A DNA stretch of 27,620 bases from a virus (Duplodnaviria; Caudoviricetes), in the IMG/VR virus record IMGVR_UViG_3300008255_000394, positions 1 through 27,620 of that record; one strand, written 5' to 3'. This document shows positions 8,412-17,583 of this stretch, in pieces. Below the pieces are notes generated by a model. That model was not told the origin of the DNA. It ran no database searches and worked only from the letters and a program-made list of their open reading frames with translations. Numbering within the stretch: the stretch's first letter is position 1; every line of letters begins with the position of its first letter. The translations under genes were made by a program, and so were the position numbers.

Positions 8412-9436
8412 TGGTTAAATTTATTTTTAATCCTTTTTCTGGTAAGATGGACGCTATTGTAGATTTATCTGGATACGTTCCCTATACTGGTGCAACAAGT
8501 GATGTTAGTTTAGGAATTTATGATTTAACTGCTACTGATGTAACAGCAACTAATTTTATAATAGGTGCAAATACACTAAACGCAACTGAATGGGCTTATT
8601 TAGATGGACAAAATCAAAGTGTTAAAACAACTTCAACTCCTTCTTTTACTGGATTAACTCTTACAGATAATTTATCAGTTTCTGGTACTGGAGTTAATGT
8701 TGTATATACAAGGGGAGGAGTAAAAGGAACAATAAGTTGGGAACCTCTTACAAATTCTACTTTGACAATTCCAGCAACTGGAGGAACAATAGGGATAATC
8801 GGTTCACCACAAAGTTGGTCTGCACTTAATACTTATACTTTAGTTCCAACAGGAACAGGAGTAAATCAAGGTTCAATTTATATAAACCCCGCAAGTGCAA
8901 CCGCTAATTATACATTACTTGGTATAGCAGTAAATGGAACTCAAAAATTTAGATTTGATGCAGACGGAGATTTAACAGTTGCAAGTTCTGTAATAGTCAC
9001 CGATGGAACAGATACAATTTCTATTTTAACAGGAACTAATGCAAGAGTTTCAGTTTCAAATGGAATAAACACAAAAAGTTTAGATAGTATAAATGGAGTT
9101 ATGGTTACCGCAGGAGCAGTTGGTTGGTTTGTAACTGCAGATGCTGCAACGAGTGCACACATCGGATTTTTAACATCTGGAGGAAATAGATATACTTTTA
9201 CAGATACAAGCGGAGTTGAAATATTTAATGTAAGATTAGATAGTTCAGTAATTTCAGGAAGTAAAGTAGCTTTAGCAACAAATGCAACAACTGGATTTTT
9301 GTATATTCCAACTTGTGCAGGAACGCCAACAGGAACACCAAGTTCCTACACTGGAAAGGTAGCATTTGTTTATGATACCACAAACAATAAAATATATGTA
9401 TATGACGGAAGTTGGATAGGAGTTAATGTAGCATAA
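8411..9436 (+). CDS. Fibre-like virion protein
   Basis: FNPFSG N-terminus, YVPYTGAT, C-terminal GFLYIPTCAGTPTG...YDTTNNKIYVYDGSW; T/G/S-rich. Confidence 0.65.
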   Translation: MVKFIFNPFSGKMDAIVDLSGYVPYTGATSDVSLGIYDLTATDVTATNFIIGANTLNATEWAYLDGQNQSVKTTSTPSFTGLTLTDNLSVSGTGVNVVYTRGGVKGTISWEPLTNSTLTIPATGGTIGIIGSPQSWSALNTYTLVPTGTGVNQGSIYINPASATANYTLLGIAVNGTQKFRFDADGDLTVASSVIVTDGTDTISILTGTNARVSVSNGINTKSLDSINGVMVTAGAVGWFVTADAATSAHIGFLTSGGNRYTFTDTSGVEIFNVRLDSSVISGSKVALATNATTGFLYIPTCAGTPTGTPSSYTGKVAFVYDTTNNKIYVYDGSWIGVNVA

Positions 9437-9642
9437 TGACAGAAATCATAAAATTTGTTAAGACGGGAGGATTTAATGCAAAAGGAGAAGAATTACTTGA
9501 AGAATGGATAAAAGGTTGGGAAGAACCAGTAGCAACTGGAAAAATAACAACTCAAAAAGAAATAGAAAATAAAATAGAACAAATAACTTCAGCATTAAAT
9601 AAAGTAAACGAAGAACTTGAATTAGCAAAAATAGCACAATAA
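9436..9642 (+). CDS. Hypothetical protein with C-terminal coiled coil
   Basis: 68 aa, TAATG coupling. Confidence 0.55.
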   Translation: MTEIIKFVKTGGFNAKGEELLEEWIKGWEEPVATGKITTQKEIENKIEQITSALNKVNEELELAKIAQ

Positions 9643-9643
9643 A

Positions 9644-9856
9644 ATGAGAAGAACAAAAAATGTAATAGTTAATCCAGCAAGGCAAATGCAACCAATTAAT
9701 GATATTCAAGTTGTTCCAGTAGGGGAACAAGGAGGACATCCAATTGAAGAAAGACCAAAAAGAAGACTTGAATGGGTTAGTTGGGAAAATGCAGAATTAC
9801 TTTATATGCTTAAATTAATTCACGAAGAATTAAAGGAAATAAAAAACAAATTATGA
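9644..9856 (+). CDS. Hypothetical protein
   Basis: 70 aa, tightly packed in operon. Confidence 0.55.
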   Translation: MRRTKNVIVNPARQMQPINDIQVVPVGEQGGHPIEERPKRRLEWVSWENAELLYMLKLIHEELKEIKNKL

Positions 9857-10074
9857 GAGATAGGGAACAATTTAAAAAACTTGTGTTCATTCTACTCGAA
9901 GGAAAAGAATTAAAAGCAAGAGAAGTATATGAAGAAATTAGACATAACTATCCAAACATAATTCACGAAGAAAGAATAAGAGGATTTCATTCTTTTGTTA
10001 AAATAATAAATTCAATAAAAGAAATTAAAAAAAAAGGATGTAAAGGAGAACCGTTAAATTATTTTATTCATTAA
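9853..10074 (+). CDS. Small basic protein, possibly winged-helix DNA-binding
   Basis: ILLEGKELKAREVYEEI...KKKGCKGEPLNYFI pattern resembles a wHTH. Confidence 0.45.
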   Translation: MRDREQFKKLVFILLEGKELKAREVYEEIRHNYPNIIHEERIRGFHSFVKIINSIKEIKKKGCKGEPLNYFIH

Positions 10075-10075
10075 G

Positions 10076-10083
10076 TTTAAATA
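10076..10083 (+). promoter_or_regulatory. Archaeal TATA box (TTTAAATA) for head operon
   Basis: 21 nt before ATG 10105. Confidence 0.75.
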
Positions 10084-10104
10084 ACAATAGAGCAATTTAT
10101 TTTT

Positions 10105-10680
10105 ATGGACGATTTTAAATTTTTCTTGCCTCTACAAAAAGAAGCAGAAGATTGGCTTGTTGGAATAGCATCAACTTTAAGTGTGGATAGAGATACTGAA
10201 AGAATGTCAGAAAACGCATTAACAGATATGCGTAATCAAATAATAACAAGCGGAGTTAATTTATTTGGAAATCACCAACACGATTGGGAAAATACTCTCG
10301 GAGTTATTAAAGAAGCAAGTTTAAATAATAATCAATTAGGTATTAAAATATTTCTTGATAGTGAGGAAACAAATAATAAAGTAAAAATGTTAAAAGAAAA
10401 ATTAAAAAGAGGGATTAAATTGGGTTTAAGCGTTGGTGGTTCAGTTACAAAAGTAAGAGAAGAATACAATAAAGAACTCCACACTAAAGTAAAAGTAATT
10501 GATGGAGTTAAATTATATGAAGTAAGTGTTGTTGGAATACCAAGTAATGCCGATAGTTTTTTATCATTACCTCAAGCAATTTCTAAATCGTTAACTTTAA
10601 ATAACAAAAGGTGTAATTGTTGTTATAGCAAAATAGAAAATAAATGTCCAGTTTGTTTATGGAGTAAAGATGGAATATAA
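10105..10680 (+). CDS. HK97-type prohead protease
   Basis: GIASTLSVDRDTE, FGNH (His), GLSVGG (Ser), LYEVSVVGIPSN; Cys-rich tail. Confidence 0.9.
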   Translation: MDDFKFFLPLQKEAEDWLVGIASTLSVDRDTERMSENALTDMRNQIITSGVNLFGNHQHDWENTLGVIKEASLNNNQLGIKIFLDSEETNNKVKMLKEKLKRGIKLGLSVGGSVTKVREEYNKELHTKVKVIDGVKLYEVSVVGIPSNADSFLSLPQAISKSLTLNNKRCNCCYSKIENKCPVCLWSKDGI

Positions 10681-10810
10681 AGAATGCCCTTTTTGTCATA
10701 GTGAAAAAATAGAAGAAGTAGAAAATGATAAATTTGATGATTTATATTATTGCAATTCTTGTGAACATAGATTTAGATACAACGAATTTGCAAGTCAAAC
10801 AATTAAATAA
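10670..10810 (+). CDS. Zn-ribbon protein, 46 aa (not in ORF track)
   Basis: MEYKECPFCHSEK...YYCNSCEHRF; GGAG upstream. Confidence 0.6.
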   Translation: MEYKECPFCHSEKIEEVENDKFDDLYYCNSCEHRFRYNEFASQTIK

Positions 10811-10822
10811 TAGGAGGTTAAT

Positions 10823-11446
10823 ATGAAAGAAGAAAAAATAGAGGAGTCTGAATTAATCAAATCCAAGAAGGAAAAAACAAAAAAGAAAAAGAAAAAACTT
10901 AGAATGAAAGAAGAGGAAGAAGATGAAGAAGACGAAGATGAGGAAGACATGGAAAAAGAAGAAGACGAAGATGAAGATGAAGATGAAACCGAGAAAGGAG
11001 AAATGGGTGGACAGAACCAAGCAGAAAGTGCATCTGATTCAACTAAGCCAAACAATACCACAACCCCAAGTTCAGTAATCGGAAATCCACAGAATGTATT
11101 TGTCCCACAGACACAAGTAAGTGGAGATAGGTTTGCATCAGGGAGTTCCCCTTCTGAAGCAAGTTATTCAGGCAAGTCAGTTAATCCTGATTTAATGAAA
11201 AGTCCTTTGTTTGTTGAATTGAGTGGTCAGATAGATGAATTTCAAAAAGCAGTTTCTAAAAAAATAGAAGCAGTAGAAAAATCAGTATCTGATAGAATGG
11301 TAAACATACAAAAAGCAATTAGTCAAATAGAAGAGTTTTACAAAAAACCATTTTATAAAGCAATTGATGAAAATGTTTCCCCAGAATCAATTATGAAAGA
11401 AACAATTGAAACTCAAATTAAAAATAAACAAGTAAGGTATAGTTAA
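10823..11446 (+). CDS. Scaffolding protein
   Basis: Between protease and capsid; poly-Lys then poly-Glu/Asp tract, C-terminal coiled coil; GGAGG RBS. Confidence 0.75.
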   Translation: MKEEKIEESELIKSKKEKTKKKKKKLRMKEEEEDEEDEDEEDMEKEEDEDEDEDETEKGEMGGQNQAESASDSTKPNNTTTPSSVIGNPQNVFVPQTQVSGDRFASGSSPSEASYSGKSVNPDLMKSPLFVELSGQIDEFQKAVSKKIEAVEKSVSDRMVNIQKAISQIEEFYKKPFYKAIDENVSPESIMKETIETQIKNKQVRYS

Positions 11447-11471
11447 ATTCATATAGATGTAAGGAGGTAAA

Positions 11472-12650
11472 ATGGAAAAAGATTTTAAAAAAGCATGCTT
11501 TCCAGCACAAGTATTGCCAGAAAATGCTATGTATACTGGAGGTATTAAATACGGTGGTTACGACCTAAGAAAATCAATTGCAGCAGATTTAGGATTTGAA
11601 ACAGTTGAACACGAATTAGGAACCGATAAATATCCATTAGTTAATACTTTCAATAAGAACTTTGAAAAAGCGTTAAGTACAACGTTATCTACTTATTCGG
11701 CAGGAACATTGCCAGTGTTAATTCCAGTCTATGTAGACCCAGAGATTGTTGATTTAACAAGAAGGGCAACACCTTTAGTTGAGTTAATTCCAAGAGTTAC
11801 AAACTACGGTAAGACCTGTGATTATAATCAGATAACCGCAATAGCTTCAGCAAATATGGAGTCAGAGGATGCAGCAGAAACTGAACAAGACGACACAATT
11901 GTCAGAAGAAGTGTAAGTATTAAAATACTTAGGGCAATTGGTAGAGTTACTGGACTTATGTTTGCAGCAAGTAAGCAATATCTTTCAAGTGGAGGTTACG
12001 TAGATGCAGTTAGTTTTGAAGTAAAAAACAGAACACTTGCATTGAAAAGACTTGAAGAAGCATCAATACTTTTAGGAGATAGCCAAGCTGATTGGACAGA
12101 GCCAGTCAATTCAACTACACAAACAGCAGCATTGTCTTATGATGGATTATATAATATCATAACAAATGCAAATTCAGTTGGGTTAGGTGGAAGTTCAAGT
12201 TATATGACAGATATGGCAGGAGCATCTCTTTCAATCTCAAGTATTAGAACAGCAATTAGAACTTGTAGAACAGCAGGTGGAGAACCAAACTTAATTGTAA
12301 CAGATTATGCAACATATGATGTTATTAAGAGTTTAATACAAGACCAGCTTAGATATTTGTCTACTCAGTCAATTGCTTGGGGAATTACAACAGTATCTTT
12401 TGAAGGATTGCCAATTATAGCAAGTAGGTTTTTATCTACTACAGCAGGTACAGGAGCTATGGTTCCGTCAACAGGTAGAAGTTTGTTTGTATTAGATACT
12501 AATGTAATTGAAATGAGAGTATTACAAGATGTGTCTTACGAAGAACTTGCAAAGACAAATGACTCAATTAAGTTCATGCTTAAGTGCTATGAAGCATTAG
12601 TTGTAAAGGCACCAAGTTTTAATCACGTTGTGATTGATATAGGTGCTTAA
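11472..12650 (+). CDS. Major capsid protein (HK97 fold)
   Basis: Position, 392 aa, LIPVYVDPEIVDLTRRATPLVELIPR, GGEPNLIVTD, YEELAKTNDSIKFMLKCYEALVVKAP; strong RBS. Confidence 0.9.
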   Translation: MEKDFKKACFPAQVLPENAMYTGGIKYGGYDLRKSIAADLGFETVEHELGTDKYPLVNTFNKNFEKALSTTLSTYSAGTLPVLIPVYVDPEIVDLTRRATPLVELIPRVTNYGKTCDYNQITAIASANMESEDAAETEQDDTIVRRSVSIKILRAIGRVTGLMFAASKQYLSSGGYVDAVSFEVKNRTLALKRLEEASILLGDSQADWTEPVNSTTQTAALSYDGLYNIITNANSVGLGGSSSYMTDMAGASLSISSIRTAIRTCRTAGGEPNLIVTDYATYDVIKSLIQDQLRYLSTQSIAWGITTVSFEGLPIIASRFLSTTAGTGAMVPSTGRSLFVLDTNVIEMRVLQDVSYEELAKTNDSIKFMLKCYEALVVKAPSFNHVVIDIGA

Positions 12651-12661
12651 TTATTAAATTA

Positions 12662-12706
12662 TTTTTTTTACTGAATGTTATTTTTTAGTCAGTAGCCATA
12701 AAAGGC
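12662..12706 (+). terminator. U-tract plus hairpins after capsid gene
   Basis: T8 run, TACTGA/TCAGTA stem, GCC-ATAAAA-GGC. Confidence 0.45.
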
Positions 12707-12730
12707 AATTAAATTAAATAGGAGGAAATA

Positions 12731-13018
12731 ATGGCAGAAATAACAGGATGCACGACATATGGAGAAGTTCCAACATTAGGAAGAAAGATTTTGTTAGTTA
12801 AAACTCCAGCAACAGCAGATAGTGCAGATACAATTGATGTATCAAGTACTACAGTAACAGGCGGAGAAGTATTAACAAGTTCAGTTGATTGGGTAGTTGC
12901 ATGGGATGTGACAAGCGGAGATATAGTTACAGCAACAGTTTCAACTACTACAATTACTATTGATGCAGCAGGTGGAACAACAAACCATACTTATTCACTT
13001 TTAGTGATAGGAAAGTAA
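12731..13018 (+). CDS. Probable capsid decoration protein
   Basis: Small T/V/A-rich ORF right after the capsid gene, GGAGG RBS. Confidence 0.55.
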   Translation: MAEITGCTTYGEVPTLGRKILLVKTPATADSADTIDVSSTTVTGGEVLTSSVDWVVAWDVTSGDIVTATVSTTTITIDAAGGTTNHTYSLLVIGK

Positions 13019-13019
13019 A

Positions 13020-13355
13020 ATGACAGAAACAAAATTAGCGAACCCACAGATTACAACTTTAAGTGTAACTGATTTAAGTGCAGTAACAACTGCAACCACT
13101 GGAAGCGGAGCAGATATACAAAAGTTTAGTAAGAAAACAGTATTTGTTAATGTTTCAGTAAATACAGGAGCAGTAACAGTAACTATAAGTGCAAGTCCAA
13201 ATAATTCTACTTGGTTTACTTTAGATAGTAAAACTTACACAGCAACTACAGGAACAGATGTATTTAGTTACAATTCTTACTTTCCTTATATAAGAACAGC
13301 TACATCCACTCAGTCAAATTCTACAGTTACGACTACAATAACAGCGAGGTCATAA
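13020..13355 (+). CDS. Virion structural protein (beta-sandwich-like)
   Basis: T/S-rich, ISASPNNSTWF and FPYIR. Confidence 0.55.
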   Translation: MTETKLANPQITTLSVTDLSAVTTATTGSGADIQKFSKKTVFVNVSVNTGAVTVTISASPNNSTWFTLDSKTYTATTGTDVFSYNSYFPYIRTATSTQSNSTVTTTITARS

Positions 13356-14050
13356 TGGTTCTTTATGAAAGACTTGGAAGAAATATAGATAATGGACTAA
13401 TTGGATATTGGAGATTAGATGATTTTATGGGCTCAGCAAGTCCAACAGCAAAAGATTTATCTTTATTTAGAGATGGAACTTTAAACGGTCCTATTGCTTT
13501 TATAGGGCGTAGAGGATATTCAAAAACAGCAATGTATTTTGATGGAATAGATGATTACATTAATTTAAATTCAACAAGTATTTTGCCTTCTGGAACAACT
13601 AAATTTACTATTTCTGCTTGGATATTTACAACCAGAGTAAATGTAGACCAATGTATAATTGGTAATATTCGTTTTATAGGAACAAGTGGGTTTAAATATT
13701 CTATAAATGCAAGTGGCAAAATGTATTTTTCTTTTTATGATACAGTTGGGACATTAAAAATTAAAACAGATACAGGAACCGCTTTATCAGCAAATGTTTC
13801 ATACCATGTAGCAGTAAATTTTGATGGGACAACCATACAATTTTATACAAACGGAGTTTTATCCTCTTCTCAAACAGATTTAGGCAATGGAATTTTAAGT
13901 GAAAATACTGCACATAACGTTAGGATAGGTCATCGTCAAGGAGCAGATTTACTTGAATTCTTTAAAGGAAGTATACAAGAGGTTCAAGTTTATAATAGAA
14001 ATTTAAATACAAATGAGATAAAAGAAATATATCTCTCAAAAGACAGATGA
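13355..14050 (+). CDS. LamG/concanavalin A-like virion protein
   Basis: GLIGYWRLD, FDGIDDYI, FTISAWI, YHVAV, FKGSIQEVQVYNRNL. Confidence 0.9.
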   Translation: MVLYERLGRNIDNGLIGYWRLDDFMGSASPTAKDLSLFRDGTLNGPIAFIGRRGYSKTAMYFDGIDDYINLNSTSILPSGTTKFTISAWIFTTRVNVDQCIIGNIRFIGTSGFKYSINASGKMYFSFYDTVGTLKIKTDTGTALSANVSYHVAVNFDGTTIQFYTNGVLSSSQTDLGNGILSENTAHNVRIGHRQGADLLEFFKGSIQEVQVYNRNLNTNEIKEIYLSKDR

Positions 14051-14229
14051 AAGAATACATAGAAGCAATTGAACAAATAGAAGAAGAACCAGAATGTTTT
14101 AAAGAAGAAGTTATAAGTAATGACGAAGAAACAATCGTCTTAGTTGAGAGTTTATTACATCCATTAAAAACATATTCATTAAGAAAGCAAGGTTTAGCTT
14201 GTGAAACAGAAGAAATAGTATACCGATAG
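14047..14229 (+). CDS. Acidic hypothetical protein
   Basis: 60 aa, ATGA overlap. Confidence 0.5.
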   Translation: MKEYIEAIEQIEEEPECFKEEVISNDEETIVLVESLLHPLKTYSLRKQGLACETEEIVYR

Positions 14230-14332
14230 GTTCAGCAATTAGAATTTCAAATGCTGGAACAAATTTAAAGTGTATGTAGGAACAACTGCGAGATATATTT
14301 GGTTAGCAACAGCAGCACCAACAGGTCCATAA
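14229..14332 (+). pseudogene. Start-less remnant of a fibre-like gene C-terminus
   Basis: GSAIRISNAGTN and KFKVYVGTTARYIWLATAAPTGP* in adjacent frames, ending just before the U-tract. Confidence 0.4.
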
Positions 14333-14337
14333 AAACA

Positions 14338-14364
14338 TTTTATTTTTTTTATTTTTTTTATTTT
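14338..14364 (+). terminator. Oligo-T archaeal-type terminator
   Basis: Consecutive long T runs at operon end, followed by a TATA box. Confidence 0.7.
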
Positions 14365-14373
14365 ATATAAACA

Positions 14374-14381
14374 TTTAAATA
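14374..14381 (+). promoter_or_regulatory. Archaeal TATA box (TTTAAATA)
   Basis: 21 nt before ATG 14403. Confidence 0.75.
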
Positions 14382-14402
14382 GTGTAGATTTATTATATTA
14401 TT

Positions 14403-14741
14403 ATGAAGGCTAAGAAAATAAACTTAGAACCATACGAGATTGAATTAAGAAATCAAGAAGGTAATATAGTTAAGTTTCCTTACGACGTAAAAACTTCTAT
14501 AGCAGATATTATTTTATCCCAACCACTTAAATTAAATGGAGTAAAACTTTTAAGAAATCAGGAAATAGCTTCTAAAATTATTAATTGTAAAGAAAAATTT
14601 ATTTTATTAGAATTTAATGAATATTTAGTAATAAAAGAAGCAACAGATATTTTAGATGTATTTAGTAAAAATGATGTTGAATTAGTAAAAAGAATTCTAA
14701 ATGCAGAAGAAGTAGAAGTAGATGAGAAAAATAAAATTTGA
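14403..14741 (+). CDS. Hypothetical protein
   Basis: 112 aa, leaderless after TATA box. Confidence 0.6.
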   Translation: MKAKKINLEPYEIELRNQEGNIVKFPYDVKTSIADIILSQPLKLNGVKLLRNQEIASKIINCKEKFILLEFNEYLVIKEATDILDVFSKNDVELVKRILNAEEVEVDEKNKI

Positions 14742-14743
14742 AA

Positions 14744-14836
14744 ATGGAACTACAACCGAAGATAATTGGAGTAATAGCAGAAGAAAAAGCAAACGTTCCA
14801 AGCGGAAGAATAAGTCCAGTTCCAAAGCGGAAATGA
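14744..14836 (+). CDS. Possible 30-aa ORF
   Basis: MELQPKIIGVIAEEKANVPSGRISPVPKRK; fills the operon gap. Confidence 0.35.
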   Translation: MELQPKIIGVIAEEKANVPSGRISPVPKRK

Positions 14837-14900
14837 AGATAAAAACATTTATTAAATAAAGGAGAGCATACTGGTTTACATAATAAAAACAGAAAATAAA

Positions 14901-15218
14901 ATGACAGAAGAAAAATTGATGAACCAAGGAGCAATTGTTTTGGACAAACAAGGACCTCATGGCTTAATAGAACCAGTACCTATTAGGGAATGTGGAATAG
15001 GTCTTAATTCAGAACACCCAAGCAACCCTTTTGATGATGAAGGTACTGAATTACGAAGAAACCATTATGGAGAAACAATAATTTGGTTACATAGTAAACC
15101 AGATTTTGATAAAATTGAAGTAGAAGAAAAAACAACAAAAACAAGAGATGAACAAATAAGAGGTTCTAATTCTGATAACAATCCCGAAACCACATTTGGG
15201 AGGCATATGTGTGCTTAG
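14901..15218 (+). CDS. Hypothetical protein
   Basis: 105-aa ORF. Confidence 0.55.
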   Translation: MTEEKLMNQGAIVLDKQGPHGLIEPVPIRECGIGLNSEHPSNPFDDEGTELRRNHYGETIIWLHSKPDFDKIEVEEKTTKTRDEQIRGSNSDNNPETTFGRHMCA

Positions 15219-15223
15219 TTAAG

Positions 15224-15231
15224 TTTAAATA
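15224..15231 (+). promoter_or_regulatory. Archaeal TATA box (TTTAAATA)
   Basis: Same box as the others, upstream of HNH2 and neck operon; predicted start ~15253 gives a ~20-nt leader. Confidence 0.6.
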
Positions 15232-15272
15232 TCAAAGTATATTCAATAAATCATAAACCCAAGAGGGAAAAA

Positions 15273-15824
15273 ATGAAGCAAGGGCAGACAAACAAAGGCA
15301 GTTTTAAGAAAAATTGTATTCCTTGGAATAAGGGAGTAAAAGGATATAATAAAGGACATCCTTCTTATACTTTAGGAAAGCACTGGAAGTTAAATCAGGA
15401 GACTAAAGATAAAATAGGTAGAGCTAATTCTATATCTTTGAAAGGAAAAATATTGCCCCAAACAGTTAAGGATAAGATAAGTAAAGCGAATAAGGGAAAA
15501 GTTCCAAAGGTGACTTACCAAAAAGGAGAAAAGCACCCTAATTGGAAAGGTGGTATAAGTAATGAACCTTATGGACAGGAATTTAATAAGGAATTAAAGG
15601 AAAAAGTAAGAAAGAAATATAATTATAGATGTCAAGAGTGTTTCAGGCATCAGAATGAACTTTATAGAAAAGGAAGTAAATATAGTTTGATAGTGCATCA
15701 TATAGATTTCAACAAAAAAAATAATCAGGAAGATAATTTAATTCCTTTGTGTTTAGAATGTCATTCACAAACTAATTTCAATAGGCAGAACTGGATAAAT
15801 CATTTTCAGGGGAAGATTATATGA
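15273..15824 (+). CDS. Free-standing HNH endonuclease 2 (NUMOD3-like repeats)
   Basis: PWNKG, ETKDKIG, HPNWKGG, CQEC, VHHIDFNKKNN, NLIPLCLECH. Confidence 0.92.
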   Translation: MKQGQTNKGSFKKNCIPWNKGVKGYNKGHPSYTLGKHWKLNQETKDKIGRANSISLKGKILPQTVKDKISKANKGKVPKVTYQKGEKHPNWKGGISNEPYGQEFNKELKEKVRKKYNYRCQECFRHQNELYRKGSKYSLIVHHIDFNKKNNQEDNLIPLCLECHSQTNFNRQNWINHFQGKII

Positions 15825-16564
15825 CAGCATATTTACCTATTTACACTTCTGTAAATTATATTTATGCGAAGACAGGTTTAAGTTCTACAGAAGTTGATTT
15901 AAGCACAGAAGAGAATAGTAAGATTATTGAAGATAGTGAAAATGAAGTTGAATATTTAACAGGAAGAAAATTTACGGATGGTGCCACAAAAACAGAAATT
16001 CTAAGTGGAGCAAAAAAAGATATATTAGGTTATGCTGGTCAAAAATCAATTACAATTAATTTAACAGAATATCCCGTTCAGAGTATAACAGAATGTAAAA
16101 CTCTTAATACAGATGGAACTGCAAATACTACCTATGATACAGTAAGTGCAGCAGAAATAATTGCAGGAACCTTTGAGTCAGATGATTATTGGCTTGAAAC
16201 AATAGAAGACCCACTTACTCACACCATTATTGCTAATGGAAAAATAATTCTAAAAGAAGAAGAATTCCCAGTAGGAAACAGAAATATTAAAGTAAGTTAT
16301 ACATATGGATATGGTACAGTTCCAGTAGCAATAAGAGATTTAGCAACTTGTCTTGCTGGAATAAGGGCTTGGATTAGATTTTTAGGTGGTTCTTATAATT
16401 ATTTAAATTCTTATTCAATACCTCAACAAAACGTAAACAAAGGAGATTTTTACCAAAGAGGGCAAAACAACATTCAAAATTTAACAGATGAAGCTAATAG
16501 AATTTTAGATAGAATAGGAAGAAGACCAAGAATACTCTATTACGCAAGTGGTCAAGACCGATAA
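15821..16564 (+). CDS. Head-tail adaptor (connector) protein
   Basis: EVEYLTGRKF, YPVQSI, NIKVSYTYGYGTVPVAIRDLA; position. Confidence 0.8.
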   Translation: MTAYLPIYTSVNYIYAKTGLSSTEVDLSTEENSKIIEDSENEVEYLTGRKFTDGATKTEILSGAKKDILGYAGQKSITINLTEYPVQSITECKTLNTDGTANTTYDTVSAAEIIAGTFESDDYWLETIEDPLTHTIIANGKIILKEEEFPVGNRNIKVSYTYGYGTVPVAIRDLATCLAGIRAWIRFLGGSYNYLNSYSIPQQNVNKGDFYQRGQNNIQNLTDEANRILDRIGRRPRILYYASGQDR

Positions 16565-16636
16565 ATATCTTAACCAATACCAAAATAATGCAACCAAGAG
16601 GTTATAAACGCAAAATAAACACATCCAAGAGGACAA

Positions 16637-16993
16637 ATGAACACAGGAATAACAAACGCTGATTTCACAGCAATACACACAGATTTCAAGAGAACAGTAA
16701 GTTATCAAGTTTTAACTAAATCAGTTGATGGAATGGGGAATGAAACTTCTACTTTTGCAGCTGCAACTAATGTAGATTTGGTATTTTTTCTTGAAGAAAA
16801 TAGATATATTTTTGATAAAGAAGGATTGACTGAGGTTGGAGACGCATATATTATTGCTAAAACTTCAGTTGGAATTAAAAGATACGACCAATTTACACTT
16901 TCGGGGGAGACTTATTACATACAAAACGTAATACATAGATATGTTCTTGGAACTGCTATGTGTGATTACGCTGTGTGTTTCAAGGTTCAATAA
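16637..16993 (+). CDS. Head closure/stopper protein
   Basis: 118 aa after adaptor; DGMGN...YDQFTLSGETYYI. Confidence 0.65.
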   Translation: MNTGITNADFTAIHTDFKRTVSYQVLTKSVDGMGNETSTFAAATNVDLVFFLEENRYIFDKEGLTEVGDAYIIAKTSVGIKRYDQFTLSGETYYIQNVIHRYVLGTAMCDYAVCFKVQ

Positions 16994-17169
16994 TGACACA
17001 ACCAGATGAAACAATATTTACAACAATAGTAACAGCCCATTTAGGATTAAACCCCCCGCCTATTAGTTTAGAAGAAGCAGTACATGATTTACAAGTTAAA
17101 TTAAACGAATTAATACTCCAGTTTGAAATATTAAAAGAACACGTTAAAATATTAAAAGATAAAGCATGA
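16993..17169 (+). CDS. Hypothetical protein (58 aa)
   Basis: TAATG start at 16993, ATGA overlap at end. Confidence 0.5.
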   Translation: MTQPDETIFTTIVTAHLGLNPPPISLEEAVHDLQVKLNELILQFEILKEHVKILKDKA

Positions 17170-17582
17170 TAGATAAAAAAAGACAACAAATAATACTTGA
17201 AAAAATAGGGGCATTAATTGAAATGAGAGCAAAAATGAATTGTCCTGTTGATTTAGGACCTTTAAGAGCAAGTATAACCCACGAAGTAAATGGAAATGTA
17301 GTTAGAATATTTACTAATCTTCCTTACGCAGATGATATAGAATATGGCAAACCCCCAGAGATTTTAAGTGAAAGTGAAAAAGGAGATTTAACTAAATGGA
17401 GTGAAAGACATAATTTACCAGCATATTCAGTAATTAAAAAAATAGAACGAGAAGGAATTAAAGTTGGAACAGTAGAACAACCGCTTAAAACTCCATCTGG
17501 TTATCGTCCATTTTTAAGACCGGCACTTTTTCAGTCGCTACCAAATATTAAAAAAATTATAAAAAATGAATTAGGAAATTAA
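17166..17582 (+). CDS. HK97 gp10-like neck/tail-completion protein
   Basis: AKMNCPVDLGPLRASI, YADDIEYG, RPFLRPAL. Confidence 0.85.
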   Translation: MIDKKRQQIILEKIGALIEMRAKMNCPVDLGPLRASITHEVNGNVVRIFTNLPYADDIEYGKPPEILSESEKGDLTKWSERHNLPAYSVIKKIEREGIKVGTVEQPLKTPSGYRPFLRPALFQSLPNIKKIIKNELGN

Positions 17583-17583
17583 G

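Noticed and set aside
12661-12713. ncRNA or BHB after the capsid gene
   Set aside because: Only one 3-nt bulge and a weak inner stem; adequately explained as a terminator or attenuator.
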